In this document: piece after piece, positions 42,338 to 52,884 of the stretch | How positions within the stretch are numbered: the first letter of the stretch is position 1 | Layout of the letters: the number at the start of each line of letters is the position of its first letter | Origin: Candidatus Ruthia sp. Plio_17_S18 | GTDB taxonomy: Bacteria; Pseudomonadota; Gammaproteobacteria; PS1; Pseudothioglobaceae | Direction of reading: 5' to 3' | Assembly (NCBI GenBank): GCA_021730105.1 | Contig: CP072538.1 | Location: forward strand, 989,161-1,053,160 | DNA length: 64,000 nt | Program-made: the position numbers and the translations under genes | Notes under the pieces: generated by a model | Database searches by the model: none | What the model was told of the DNA's origin: nothing | Seen by the model: only the letters and a program-made list of their open reading frames with translations

Positions 42338-43266
42338 GATAAAATTTCCTCTAAAGTTGTTTCTATGCTGGATGAATCCAATATGGCATTAGCCGTTAAT
42401 GATTTTTCAATTCTTCTTGTTAGACCTGTAAGAACCTTGCCTGGACCAGATTCAATTAATTTTTCAACACCCATATTGTGCATTGCTTGAACGGTGTTTG
42501 TCCATAATACTGGCCTGTATAGTTGTGCGACTAATTTGGCTTTTATATCATCAACATCAGTTGCTTTAAGTGCATCAAAGCTATGTATCACATCAACATT
42601 ACTTTGATTAAATTGAACGACATCTACAGCGTTTTTAAACTCAATTGCCGCATCATTCATCAGTGAACAATGTGATGGCACACTAACTGGCAATATCACC
42701 GCACGCTTAGCACCTTCAGTTTTCATCAATTGACAAGTGACTTCTACAGCCTCTTTATTGCCTGCAATAATCACTTGTCCTAATGAATTAAAGTTAACTG
42801 CTTCAACAATGCCACAACCTGAATAATCTGCACATAATTTAACCACAACACTATCCTCTAAGCCCAAAATAGCCGCCATTGCACCCACTCCTTCAGGTAC
42901 TGCTGATTGCATCAATTCTGCGCGCTTTCTAACCAGTTTAATGCCATCACTAAACCCTAAAGCACCCGATGCTACTAAAGCTGTATATTCACCTAAACTA
43001 TGACCCGCCATACAAACAGGTGATAAATCATGTTGATGAGTAAGCGCCAAATAAGTTGCATAACCTGCGGCCAACATAGCTGGTTGGGTATTTTGTGTTT
43101 GATTAAGGGCATCTTGGTCTTGTTGTGTTAATGCCCAAAGATCAAAGCCCAACGTGTCACTTGCCTCAGTGAATGTTTCTTTTACAATGGAATAATGATT
43201 AGCAAGTTCTGACAACATACCTAAAGATTGTGATCCCTGACCTGGGAATATGATGGCGTATTTCAT
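42334..43266 (-). CDS. fabD: Malonyl-CoA-ACP transacylase
   Basis: FPGQGSQ, TQPA, GHSLGEY, VSVPSH. Confidence 0.97.
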   Translation of the reverse strand: MKYAIIFPGQGSQSLGMLSELANHYSIVKETFTEASDTLGFDLWALTQQDQDALNQTQNTQPAMLAAGYATYLALTHQHDLSPVCMAGHSLGEYTALVASGALGFSDGIKLVRKRAELMQSAVPEGVGAMAAILGLEDSVVVKLCADYSGCGIVEAVNFNSLGQVIIAGNKEAVEVTCQLMKTEGAKRAVILPVSVPSHCSLMNDAAIEFKNAVDVVQFNQSNVDVIHSFDALKATDVDDIKAKLVAQLYRPVLWTNTVQAMHNMGVEKLIESGPGKVLTGLTRRIEKSLTANAILDSSSIETTLEEILS

Positions 43267-43305
43267 AAAATTTTAAACAAACGAAATAGCCATATTTTAA
43301 TTAAT

Positions 43306-43331
43306 AAAAAAGCGCTCTAAAAGCACTTTTT
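43306..43331 (-). terminator. Intrinsic terminator after rplU-rpmA
   Basis: Minus strand reads AAAAAGTGCT-TTTAG-AGCGC-TTTTTT: a stem with one G-U pair and a U-tract. Confidence 0.6.
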
Positions 43332-43354
43332 AAAAAAAATATTGATGCTTGAAA

Positions 43355-43612
43355 TTATGCAGTTTCAATTGAAACATATTGGCGCATAAATTTACCTTTT
43401 TGAGCAAAGACAACTCTGCCATCCATTGTGGCGAATAATGTATCGTCTTTACCTTTGCGAACGTTAGTACCTGGATGAAATTTAGTGCCTCTTTGACGGA
43501 CTAAAATATTACCAGCTAATACAGTTTGACCGCCAAATCTTTTAACACCTAGACGTTTTGATACGGAGTCTCTACCGTTATTAGTACTACCGCCTGCTTT
43601 TTTATGTGCCAT
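43355..43612 (-). CDS. rpmA: 50S ribosomal protein L27
   Basis: [22 protein letters not shown]. Confidence 0.99.
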   Translation of the reverse strand: MAHKKAGGSTNNGRDSVSKRLGVKRFGGQTVLAGNILVRQRGTKFHPGTNVRKGKDDTLFATMDGRVVFAQKGKFMRQYVSIETA

Positions 43613-43623
43613 AAATTACTCCT

Positions 43624-43935
43624 TTATGCCTTAATTTTAACAATTTCAATTTCAGTAAACAATTGGCGATGACCCTGTTGTTTCATTGAGTGTTTACGGC
43701 GACGGAATTTAAGAATGTGTACCTTCTTTCCCTTACCTTGTGAGATAATTTTCGCCTCAACAGTTGCTTTAGGCACAAAAGGCGCTCCTACTTGAACATT
43801 ATCGCCATCGGAAACCATTAATATTTCTTTAAAAGTAACTTTCTTACCAGGCTCAATCTCTAATTTTTCAATTTTTAGAGTTGTACCTTGTTCAACTCTA
43901 AATTGTTGACCGCCTGTCTTGATAACTGCGTACAT
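43624..43935 (-). CDS. rplU: 50S ribosomal protein L21
   Basis: MYAVIKTGGQQFRV, QGHRQ. Confidence 0.99.
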   Translation of the reverse strand: MYAVIKTGGQQFRVEQGTTLKIEKLEIEPGKKVTFKEILMVSDGDNVQVGAPFVPKATVEAKIISQGKGKKVHILKFRRRKHSMKQQGHRQLFTEIEIVKIKA

Positions 43936-44059
43936 AACATATCCTAAATATGATTGGCTAAAAAAGGACGTAATTATACTTGAACGTTTAAGTTTGTGCA
44001 GTGTGTTTAATGAAATTCTAACGTATAATTACATTTTTTCTTCAAACGGATTTTAACAC

Positions 44060-44548
44060 ATGGTTATTTTTGAAACCAACATGGGTAATATTCACATTTA
44101 CGTTGACACTAAAAACGCACCGATCAGCGTGCAAAACTTTATTGATTACGTAAATGATGGCTTTTATGATGATACTATTTTTCATCGTGTAATTAAAAAT
44201 TTTATGATTCAAGGTGGTGGCTTTACAAAAGACATGAGCGAAAAAAATACCAAGGCTAACATTGAAAATGAAGCCAAAAATGGCTTAAAAAATACCAAAT
44301 ATTCGCTGGCCATGGCTAGAACTTCTGCACCACACTCCGCCAGCTCACAATTCTTTATCAATACATCTGATAATTCATTTTTAGATTTTCCCGGGCAAGA
44401 TGGTTGGGGTTATTGCGTATTTGGTGAAGTTGTTGAAGGCTTTGAAATCGTTGACAAAATCAACCAAGTTTCTACTGGAAATAAAGGTGGACATGGTGAT
44501 GTGCCAAATGACTCTGTTATTGTCAACAAGGCATATAGCGCTTCATGA
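44060..44548 (+). CDS. ppiB: Cyclophilin-type peptidyl-prolyl isomerase
   Basis: FHRVIKNFMIQGGG, AMART..PHSASSQFFIN, GYCVFGEV. Confidence 0.93.
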   Translation: MVIFETNMGNIHIYVDTKNAPISVQNFIDYVNDGFYDDTIFHRVIKNFMIQGGGFTKDMSEKNTKANIENEAKNGLKNTKYSLAMARTSAPHSASSQFFINTSDNSFLDFPGQDGWGYCVFGEVVEGFEIVDKINQVSTGNKGGHGDVPNDSVIVNKAYSAS

Positions 44549-45267
44549 TGAGCAAAACGCTTATCATAGCAGATTTACATCTTGCTACTGATGAGACGGA
44601 CAAAACCCATCTTTTTATTAGGTTTTGCCAAGAACAGGCGGTTATGGCTGATCAGCTTTTTATTCTTGGAGATTTGTTTAATGTTTGGTTGGGTGATGAC
44701 TTGTCAATTAATTATTATCAGAAAGTTGTCTTAGTACTAAAAACACTGAGTCTTAAAACTAAAATTTTTATCATGACTGGCAATCGTGACTTTTTACTAG
44801 GTGATGAGTTTGCTAAACAAACTAATTGCATTTTGATTGATGCACCTTATTTGCTTGAAATCAATAACCAGCAATATGTACTCACACATGGCGATGAGTT
44901 GTGTACTGATGACAAAGGCTATCAGCGTTTAAAGAGCGTACTACAACATCCAATTACAAAATTTATTTTTCTAAATTTGGGAACAAAACTACGCTTAAAA
45001 ATTAGCGCTCAATTGCGCCAAAAGAGCATCAAGGCTCAACAACATAAATCATACGAGATTATGGATGTCAATACGGCAACCGTCAATCAACTAATGCAAA
45101 AATACCCCAGTGCAAATCTTATTCACGGACACACACACCGATTAGACACTCATGTTCATGATGGCTTTACTAGATACGTGTTGGGAAACTGGTCAAACAA
45201 CCAAGGCAATGCGGTTGAAATTAATCACCAATTAAATCGCCTTGAAATTAGCACGGCGGTCAACTAA
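44545..45267 (+). CDS. lpxH: UDP-2,3-diacylglucosamine hydrolase
   Basis: IADLHL, LGDLF..W.GDD, GNRDFL, HGDELCTDD, IHGHTHR. Adjacent to ppiB as in other gammaproteobacteria. Confidence 0.93.
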   Translation: MMSKTLIIADLHLATDETDKTHLFIRFCQEQAVMADQLFILGDLFNVWLGDDLSINYYQKVVLVLKTLSLKTKIFIMTGNRDFLLGDEFAKQTNCILIDAPYLLEINNQQYVLTHGDELCTDDKGYQRLKSVLQHPITKFIFLNLGTKLRLKISAQLRQKSIKAQQHKSYEIMDVNTATVNQLMQKYPSANLIHGHTHRLDTHVHDGFTRYVLGNWSNNQGNAVEINHQLNRLEISTAVN

Positions 45268-47037
45268 ATCAACGGTTGTTACCTTTAGCACTATCTTTTC
45301 ATCTAGCTTGGGCAAAATTTTAAACTTAATCTGCGTCACCATACCCAGTTCAGGGATCATAAATAACGCTTTATCGCCACGTGTATCCACCACCACACCC
45401 TCGCCTTGCCATGATGGGTTATCAAGTAGATAGACGCATTTGTAATGGTCATTACTAGAACGCACTGTCTTGCAAACACTGGACATAGTGGCATTGTGAA
45501 TGCCGATAATCTTTTTAACATCTTCCTTGCTTAGTGTATCTTCACCTTCGATAAAACAGCTAAGCTGCTGATGCGCAAGCAAATCAAGATACCTTCTAAG
45601 TGGACTGGTAATACGTAAATACGCCTTAAGTCCTAGACCAAAATGTGGTAAATGCTTGGTGGATGTGGCTGAGCGTTTAAAAAACTTTGTGGCTTTAAAT
45701 GACTCAGACAAAGACAATGTGTCCTTATTATCCAACGTTTCTTGTGGAAACTCGCCTTCATCTTGAATTGCATAAGGCATAACAATGTCATTATCAGCAG
45801 CAAATTGTGCAACAACACGACCTGCCATTACCATCATTTCAGCCACCAATTCACGACTTTGACTTGAGCTTTGTGGCATAATTGACACTTGACCTTGCTT
45901 AAATCTAACATCAACATTAGGTAAATTTAAATTAATTACACCACAATTGTCTCTATATTGTTTATGCGCTTTTGTAATGCTTTGTAATTTTGATAAATGC
46001 TCATTAGACACTAAAATGCCATCTGCATCATCGTAACTGATATTAGTCACTTTGATCAAACTATGAACCACTTCAATGTTATTAATCTCATCTGATTCTA
46101 AAGTAAACCCTATCGATAAAGCACTTGACGTTTCAGACAACCCCAATGCACACATTTTTGTAGCAGCAATAGGCAACATATGAATAATTTGCTCAGGCAG
46201 ATATAAATTAGAAGCACGCTCTTGTGCGTAAGCATTCAACTCAGAACCAGCAGCAGCAATCAAAGACACGTCAGCAATATGAACCCAAATTTTATCCCCA
46301 TCAATACTAATTGCATCATCAGCATCATTTGAGTCAGCATTGTCTATTGCATAACTAGATAAATGCGTTAAATCAACCCGCTCAACTTGTGCCATGCTAA
46401 CATCAATTTGTTCGTCCTTAGAAATATCATAACGCACCGGATAAGGATTAAAACTTGGCTTGAAATAGTTAAGTCTTAATAATAATTTATACGCAGATTC
46501 AGGCGTATTTTCTACACCAATATTAACCAAAATCTTTGCGTGCTTAGATTGATTTAGTGCAACTTTTTCAATCTCTTCAATATATGGCAAATCTTGCTCA
46601 TCAAAGATATTGTTAGCAATATGATCTACACAGTGTTTAAGACTTTCAGCCTCAAGAATTTGAGCATCGCGCTTAGTTTGGATGCTTTCAACTTGAGAAG
46701 TTGGGCGTATAAAAACTTTGTCTTTTTGCCAATAAAAATACAAACCGTCTTCAATTAAAACACAACTACACCAAGCATTTTTGGCGCTATATTCATCAAA
46801 CAACCATTGTGTTATTTCTTCTAATGTTAGTGTTTCTTCTTGGAAATCTTCAAGAACAGCAATATCTGCATGTGCGCAAGTATCATTTATTTGAACAAAT
46901 TCAGGGTGAATAAAACGAAAATCTTTTTCCCGTACCGAACGCGAAGAACCATCAGTAAACTCTAATGCAAATTTATGCATCGTTTGACTAACAATACGCG
47001 CAGGCTTGCCTTTATAGGCAACTAAAGCGTTAATCAA
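45232..47037 (-). CDS. RNB-domain exoribonuclease (RNase II/R family)
   Basis: AIDNADSNDADDAIS, VHIADV, VAEMMV, TSPLRRYLDL. Confidence 0.9.
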   Translation of the reverse strand: MINALVAYKGKPARIVSQTMHKFALEFTDGSSRSVREKDFRFIHPEFVQINDTCAHADIAVLEDFQEETLTLEEITQWLFDEYSAKNAWCSCVLIEDGLYFYWQKDKVFIRPTSQVESIQTKRDAQILEAESLKHCVDHIANNIFDEQDLPYIEEIEKVALNQSKHAKILVNIGVENTPESAYKLLLRLNYFKPSFNPYPVRYDISKDEQIDVSMAQVERVDLTHLSSYAIDNADSNDADDAISIDGDKIWVHIADVSLIAAAGSELNAYAQERASNLYLPEQIIHMLPIAATKMCALGLSETSSALSIGFTLESDEINNIEVVHSLIKVTNISYDDADGILVSNEHLSKLQSITKAHKQYRDNCGVINLNLPNVDVRFKQGQVSIMPQSSSQSRELVAEMMVMAGRVVAQFAADNDIVMPYAIQDEGEFPQETLDNKDTLSLSESFKATKFFKRSATSTKHLPHFGLGLKAYLRITSPLRRYLDLLAHQQLSCFIEGEDTLSKEDVKKIIGIHNATMSSVCKTVRSSNDHYKCVYLLDNPSWQGEGVVVDTRGDKALFMIPELGMVTQIKFKILPKLDEKIVLKVTTVDLVDRRANFKAI

Positions 47038-47038
47038 T

Positions 47039-47419
47039 TTAAATTCTAGTTAGTGTTTGCGCGTAAGCAACGGCATCCATTAAGTCATCAACTGCATGAG
47101 ACCTAAATTTGACCAACCAACCGTCATCATAACAACTAGCATTAACCAGTTCTGGCTCGTCATCAAGAGCTGCGTTAGCTTTAATAATTTGCAAATCAGC
47201 AGGTGCATAAACTCCACTAGCCGCTTTAACGGATTCAACCACGCAAAATTCATCTTCAATAGAGACTTCATCATCCGCGTTAGGTAATTCTACAAATACC
47301 ATATCACCTAATAATGCTTGTGCATGGTCAGTAATACCCATGGTATAAGTACCATTGCCATGATCTAAAATCCACTCGTGGGTTTGTGTGTATTGTCTAT
47401 CGTCTCTTATTTCACTCAT
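47039..47419 (-). CDS. gcvH: Glycine cleavage system H protein
   Basis: [29 protein letters not shown] (lipoyl Lys), N..CY..GWL. Confidence 0.96.
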   Translation of the reverse strand: MSEIRDDRQYTQTHEWILDHGNGTYTMGITDHAQALLGDMVFVELPNADDEVSIEDEFCVVESVKAASGVYAPADLQIIKANAALDDEPELVNASCYDDGWLVKFRSHAVDDLMDAVAYAQTLTRI

Positions 47420-47461
47420 GTTATTCTCCTAAATTTTCTCAAGCAGGACTTGCATACTTAT

Positions 47462-48538
47462 TTAAACCAATACTTTTCCATTGCGTACGAATGGCGGTTT
47501 GACTATTTTAGCGCAAACTTGCTTTTTTCGTATCTCAATTTCACATAAACCAAGGTTGCCCTTAGGTACACTTGCCAGTGCAATTGCCTTACCCATAGTG
47601 GGTGAAAATGTACCTGAAGTAACTTCACCTTCGCCCAGACTGGTGATTACCTTTTGATGGTCGCGAATCACGCCCTTACCTTCTAAAACTAGCCCAACAA
47701 TAGTCTTCTCAACACCTCTTTCTTTTAATGCTTCTAATGCATCACGCCCTATAAACGCACGATTTTCATTAGTCAGATCAACCGTCCAAGTAAGTGCTGA
47801 TTCAAGTGGTGAAACCTCATCATTCATCTCTGAACCATATAAACTCATACCCGCTTCTAAGCGCAAAGTATCACGCGCACCCAAGCCACAAGGCTTAACG
47901 CTAGCCTCAAGCAACATTTGCCAAGTAAATTTTGCCGCACTTGAAGGCAGCATAATCTCAAACCCATCTTCGCCTGTATAGCCTGTACGTGCAATAAATA
48001 ATCCACCTAAACTAGCTGCATTAAATGGCTTTAACTCACCACAAACCTCTTCAATCCCTGGCATAGCTGCAAATACTTTTGCCCTTGCATTTGGACCTTG
48101 TACAGCAATCATTGCTAAATCAGACATACACTCAACTGATACATCAAAACCATTTGCCTGAATGTGAATCCAAGCCATATCTTTTTCAGTAGTGCTTGCA
48201 TTAATTACCATACGATAATATTCGTCATTTTGATAATAAACAATCAAATCATCCACCACCCCGCCTGACTCATTTAGCATGCAACTATATAACGCCCTGC
48301 CTTGTGTTTTTAGCTTATCGACATCATTAGCAATCAAAATTTGCAAAAATGCTTTTGCTTGCACGCCTTTAAAATCCACCACACTCATGTGCGAGACATC
48401 AAACATACCTGCATCACGGCGCACTTGATGATGCTCCTCAATTTGTGAGCCGTAATTAAGTGACATTTCCCAACCTCCAAAATCAACCATCTTTCCTTGC
48501 GACTCTATGTGCATTTGATACAAAGGTGTTTGTTTCAT
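47462..48538 (-). CDS. gcvT: Glycine cleavage system T protein
   Basis: KQTPLY, FDVSHM, ARTGYTGEDGFE, GLGARDTLRLEAG. Confidence 0.97.
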   Translation of the reverse strand: MKQTPLYQMHIESQGKMVDFGGWEMSLNYGSQIEEHHQVRRDAGMFDVSHMSVVDFKGVQAKAFLQILIANDVDKLKTQGRALYSCMLNESGGVVDDLIVYYQNDEYYRMVINASTTEKDMAWIHIQANGFDVSVECMSDLAMIAVQGPNARAKVFAAMPGIEEVCGELKPFNAASLGGLFIARTGYTGEDGFEIMLPSSAAKFTWQMLLEASVKPCGLGARDTLRLEAGMSLYGSEMNDEVSPLESALTWTVDLTNENRAFIGRDALEALKERGVEKTIVGLVLEGKGVIRDHQKVITSLGEGEVTSGTFSPTMGKAIALASVPKGNLGLCEIEIRKKQVCAKIVKPPFVRNGKVLV

Positions 48539-49191
48539 TATTTTTTATCCTCTTTAATATATTTCTTAATAAAAACTATCGTGATAATAATCAATATAAA
48601 TGTTAGCCCCATGGTACCAAATAGCTTGAAATTAACCCAAGATTCTTCAGTTTGTTGGGCAACAATACAAAGTTGTTCCATCGTTGTATTTACACAATCT
48701 AGTCCTGTTAATTCAATTTTAGAATCAAGCTCAGTGGCGGTAAATAACGCCTCTCTAGCACCTAAAGCAAGATTAACATAATAGACATTAACAATTGCAA
48801 TGCCTGTAAAGCCAAGCCCCCACAGCCAACTAAGTTGATGCCACACATTTGCTGGCAATTCTAACTCTTTACCCAACATACTTTGCAATAAAGTTTTCTT
48901 GCCAATCCACATACTTAACACCAACGCAAAAGCAAATATCACATATAGCACGCTAACTTTCCACATTAAAAATTCAGGGTCTCTAAGAACAAGTGTTACA
49001 CCACCTAAAACCACCAGCAAACCAAATGTTATTAGATGGATATTTTCAAACTTGCCAGTTCGATAACGGGCAATCATCATCTGCAAAAAAGTTGCGCCGA
49101 TCATGGCATAAATTGCCATATATAAACCCATCGTCTTATAAATAACAAAAAATAGGGCGATAGGAAAAAAATCAAGTAAAAATTTCATCAC
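48538..49191 (-). CDS. yciB: Inner-membrane protein YciB (IspZ/IspA family)
   Basis: KFLLDFFPIALFF, F.MWK, WVNFKLFG. Carries an extra loop of about 35 aa. Confidence 0.88.
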   Translation of the reverse strand: MMKFLLDFFPIALFFVIYKTMGLYMAIYAMIGATFLQMMIARYRTGKFENIHLITFGLLVVLGGVTLVLRDPEFLMWKVSVLYVIFAFALVLSMWIGKKTLLQSMLGKELELPANVWHQLSWLWGLGFTGIAIVNVYYVNLALGAREALFTATELDSKIELTGLDCVNTTMEQLCIVAQQTEESWVNFKLFGTMGLTFILIIITIVFIKKYIKEDKK

Positions 49192-49401
49192 TTACTCCAA
49201 ATGCTCTTTTGAGCAATACACCTTATTATTTTGAATGATTGCCTCATTTTCAGGAATATGAACCTTGCAAACACTACAAGCAAGCATTTTATTAACCGAT
49301 GAATTTTGGTCAATACAAGCATCTGGTTTTCTAAACTTTTTTAAAAACCAAAAGCCCGTCCACACAAGTAAAACAACAATAATTAACTTAACAATCATCA
49401 T
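49192..49401 (-). CDS. PP0621-like small membrane protein with CxxC
   Basis: N-terminal TM segment, then M.ACSVCKVHIPE.EA..YCSKEH. Confidence 0.8.
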   Translation of the reverse strand: MMIVKLIIVVLLVWTGFWFLKKFRKPDACIDQNSSVNKMLACSVCKVHIPENEAIIQNNKVYCSKEHLE

Positions 49402-49485
49402 ACAATTCAACTATGACAAAAAGTGAAATTTTACCAATGCTTAGTATATAATTGCTTCTTTTTATGTACAGATAATTCACAAACT

Positions 49486-49572
49486 GCCCGGGTGGTGAAA
49501 TTGGTAGACACACAGGACTTAAAATCCTGCGGCTTCACAGCTGTGCCGGTTCGATTCCGGCCCCGGGCACCA
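49486..49572 (+). tRNA. tRNA-Leu (anticodon TAA)
   Basis: Acceptor stem GCCCGGG..CCCGGGC-A-CCA, anticodon stem CAGGA/TCCTG around CT-TAA-AA, long variable arm, T-loop GGTTCGATT. Confidence 0.97.
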
Positions 49573-49790
49573 TCCTTAAATTCGCATCTTATTGTAATTT
49601 ACAATAGTCACACAACTGCCTTTCAATATATTTGAATAGTGTTTTTACTAAAAAAATATTCAACTCCACTTACTAGTCAAATTAATCATATAATAAGAAT
49701 CTTATAAACCTTAGTACTTATCAAAAAAAATCCGCCTCAATCTATTAAAGATTTCGTATAATTAATACATTCTAACTTAGGCACTTTATC

Positions 49791-50210
49791 ATGCAAAAAC
49801 ATATTATTTCAACTAATAAAGCCCCTAAAGCAATTGGCACTTACTCTCAAGCAGTGTGCATTACTGGCGGCTACAGCGTTTATTTATCTGGACAGATCCC
49901 TCTAATACCAGAAACAATGGAAATAGTCAGCGGTAGTATCGGTGAACAAATTAATCAAGTGTTTAAAAATCTAATGGCTGTTTGTCAAAAATCCAATGGC
50001 GACTTAAAAGATATTGTCAAGCTTAATATCTATCTCACTGATCTTAACAATTTTCCAAAAGTTAATGAAATTATGTCCACCTATTTTGATGAGCCTTATC
50101 CCGCACGTGCAGTGATTGGTGTGAATGAATTACCCAAAGGCTCAATGGTGGAAATGGATGGAATTATGGTGATAGAGTCCTGTGATTACACTTACCTAAA
50201 TGCACCATAA
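49791..50210 (+). CDS. RidA/YjgF-family enamine deaminase
   Basis: APKAIGTYSQAV, LSGQIP, YPARA (catalytic Arg), LPKG..VE. Confidence 0.93.
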   Translation: MQKHIISTNKAPKAIGTYSQAVCITGGYSVYLSGQIPLIPETMEIVSGSIGEQINQVFKNLMAVCQKSNGDLKDIVKLNIYLTDLNNFPKVNEIMSTYFDEPYPARAVIGVNELPKGSMVEMDGIMVIESCDYTYLNAP

Positions 50211-50276
50211 GACACAATATTCTCAAATAACTTGGTACAATCTTGATGATTTGTTTAGATAAAACTCCATTTATTC

Positions 50277-52343
50277 ATGAATCGATTATCTGACCCAATC
50301 ATTGCATTAAATGGATTAGGTCCAAAAGCACAGCAAAAACTAAATGCTATTGGCATTTTTAATGTAGAGCATTTATTGTTTCATCTGCCAACGCGCTATC
50401 AAGACAAAACCAAGCTAGCCAAACTAAATCAAGTTCAAGTAGGTGATGAGGTGTTAATTCAACTAACCATAGAACGTATCGAACAAGTATCAACTCGCCA
50501 GCGACAACTATTATGCTACTTATCTGATTCTGGTCATCAAGACTTATTACTTCGATTTTTTCATTTTAATCAATATCAAAAACAAAACTTCATTCGTGGA
50601 GATATCATCCAATGCTTTGGTGAGATAAAAATTAGCAAAAATGGCCTAGAAATGCACCACCCTGAATATCGATTGATCTCTAAAGGACAGACCCATTTAT
50701 TAAAAAAAACACTCAGTCCTATCTATGCATTAACTGCCAATATTCACCAAACACAAATGAAAAAATGGGTTGATATTGCATTAGCAACTTTGCAACAATC
50801 AGACTTATCTGACAACTTTAAAGATCTAGCAAACAATTCTATGCCTACTCTTAAACAGGCTTTGGATACACTACACCATCCTACAGTTAATGATAATATT
50901 GAACAAATTACTAATTTTAAACACCCTTCACAACAACGCCTGATTATTGAAGAGTTATGTGCACAACGACTTAGCTTGCTCCAACTCAAAGATAAACGTA
51001 AATCCGAAAAATCTAATACCTTTAAGATTAAAAATGCTTTAACCAAAAAAGTACTCAACGTCTTAGAGTTTCAACTAACACAGGCGCAGCAACGTAGCAT
51101 TGATGACATTAATTCAGATCTTGCATCGAACCATCCAATGCTTAGGCTATTGCAAGGTGATGTAGGCTCAGGAAAGACTATTGTGGCTGTATTTGCTTGT
51201 CTGCAAGCAATCGAAAATGACTTTCAAGCAACCATTATGGCACCCACTGAAATACTTGCTGCACAACATTTACAGGGATTTTCAAATTATTTAACCCCTT
51301 TGGGTATTAATATTGCGTTTTTAACCGGCTCTCAACACGCAGCACAAAGAACCAAACAACTTGAAAAAATTAACTCAGGCGAAGCGCAAATTATCATTGG
51401 CACCCACGCATTGTTCCAAACCCAAGTTGTTTTTGATAAATTAGGCTTGGTAATTATTGACGAACAACATAAATTCGGCGTACATCAACGCTTATACCTT
51501 GTACAAAAAGCACACAACACGCCCCATCAATTGGTCATGACTGCCACCCCTATTCCAAGGTCATTAACCATGAATGCCTATGCAGATTTAGATTGTTCAG
51601 TTATTGATGAATTACCCCCTGGCAGAAAACCCACTAAAACCATTGCACTTGGTAATGATAAAAAAGACAAGGTGATTGAAAAAATCAAACAAGTTTGCAC
51701 TACGGGCAATCAAGTGTATTGGGTATGCACACTGATTGAAGAATCAGAAACGCTTCGTGCTGAATCTGCCACCAATACTCATCACTATTTACAGCAAAAT
51801 TTAGAAGAATTAAACGTAGTGCTGATTCATGGAAAGATGCACAAGGATGAAAAATCCATCATTATGGTGCAATTTTCCAAAGGACAGATTGATGTTTTGG
51901 TCGCCACCACAGTCATTGAAGTGGGTGTAAATGTCACCAATGCGTCACTCATGGTCATTGAAAACTCTGAAAGACTGGGGCTTGCACAATTACACCAATT
52001 ACGTGGTCGTGTAGGGCGAGGCACTGATGCTAGTATTTGTATTTTGATGTATCAGGCGCCACTCAGTCACAATGCTTTTGCACGACTTGACACCCTAAGG
52101 AAGACAAACGACGGCTTTAAAATTGCACAAAAAGACTTAGAGCTTCGTGGTCCTGGTGAAATTCTAGGCACACAGCAAACAGGCATTGCTAATATGAAAA
52201 TTGCCAATATTGTGCGTGATAGGTATTTACTCAAACAAGTACATTTTTACTCAGAACAATTCTTGGGATTAAGTAAAGACAAGCAACAAGCACTTATTAC
52301 TCGTTGGATTACTAATGATAAAAGCAAATATGGCAATACTTAA
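50277..52343 (+). CDS. recG: ATP-dependent DNA helicase RecG
   Basis: QGDVGSGKT, DEQHKFG, MTATPIPR, QLHQLRGRVGRG, DLELRGPGE. Confidence 0.97.
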   Translation: MNRLSDPIIALNGLGPKAQQKLNAIGIFNVEHLLFHLPTRYQDKTKLAKLNQVQVGDEVLIQLTIERIEQVSTRQRQLLCYLSDSGHQDLLLRFFHFNQYQKQNFIRGDIIQCFGEIKISKNGLEMHHPEYRLISKGQTHLLKKTLSPIYALTANIHQTQMKKWVDIALATLQQSDLSDNFKDLANNSMPTLKQALDTLHHPTVNDNIEQITNFKHPSQQRLIIEELCAQRLSLLQLKDKRKSEKSNTFKIKNALTKKVLNVLEFQLTQAQQRSIDDINSDLASNHPMLRLLQGDVGSGKTIVAVFACLQAIENDFQATIMAPTEILAAQHLQGFSNYLTPLGINIAFLTGSQHAAQRTKQLEKINSGEAQIIIGTHALFQTQVVFDKLGLVIIDEQHKFGVHQRLYLVQKAHNTPHQLVMTATPIPRSLTMNAYADLDCSVIDELPPGRKPTKTIALGNDKKDKVIEKIKQVCTTGNQVYWVCTLIEESETLRAESATNTHHYLQQNLEELNVVLIHGKMHKDEKSIIMVQFSKGQIDVLVATTVIEVGVNVTNASLMVIENSERLGLAQLHQLRGRVGRGTDASICILMYQAPLSHNAFARLDTLRKTNDGFKIAQKDLELRGPGEILGTQQTGIANMKIANIVRDRYLLKQVHFYSEQFLGLSKDKQQALITRWITNDKSKYGNT

Positions 52344-52374
52344 AAGTGCTTAGTTGACGTAAAATAACCCAACT

Positions 52375-52848
52375 ATGATTAACACAAAAAACTTGATATG
52401 GTCAAACTTAAATAAAGCAAATAATATACCTAATCACGTTCTTACTTGGCTTGATGACCAGCAATCCTTAACCGCTAAATTAAAGCAAAAATTTAATCAC
52501 TTTTCCATCAATGTTTTATCACAAGTAGAATCTCTTGTACATGTGGATGAAACAGAATTGCTGAACTGGAACGGTCAATCTATCGTGCGTGAAGTAGAGC
52601 TTTTAGGGGATAATCAGGTTGTTGTGTTTGCTAGATCAATCATACCCATCACTAACGACACACAAAACTTATTAAAAATTGGCAGGAAGCCTTTAGGCGA
52701 GGTATTGTTTAATGATAAAAATATTAAACGCAGTCAACTACAAATCACCCACACACATGGCACTTGGGGCAGAAGGTCTATTTTTACCATTGGTTCAACT
52801 CAAGTACTGGTCAGTGAGTTTTTTATAAAAAATTTATATGCCGTATAG
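52375..52848 (+). CDS. ubiC: Chorismate pyruvate-lyase
   Basis: WL....SLT.KL, REVEL, FARSIIP, KPLGEVLF, WGRRS.F, LVSEFF. Confidence 0.9.
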   Translation: MINTKNLIWSNLNKANNIPNHVLTWLDDQQSLTAKLKQKFNHFSINVLSQVESLVHVDETELLNWNGQSIVREVELLGDNQVVVFARSIIPITNDTQNLLKIGRKPLGEVLFNDKNIKRSQLQITHTHGTWGRRSIFTIGSTQVLVSEFFIKNLYAV

Positions 52849-52884
52849 ACCTTATAAAAACAAACAAATTAGTCAGCACAACTA

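Noticed and set aside
49423-49635. 70-aa ORF
   Set aside because: Spans tRNA-Leu, so it is spurious.
49573-49790. Island insertion at tRNA-Leu
   Set aside because: No integrase and no repeat of the tRNA 3' end seen. Housekeeping genes follow directly.
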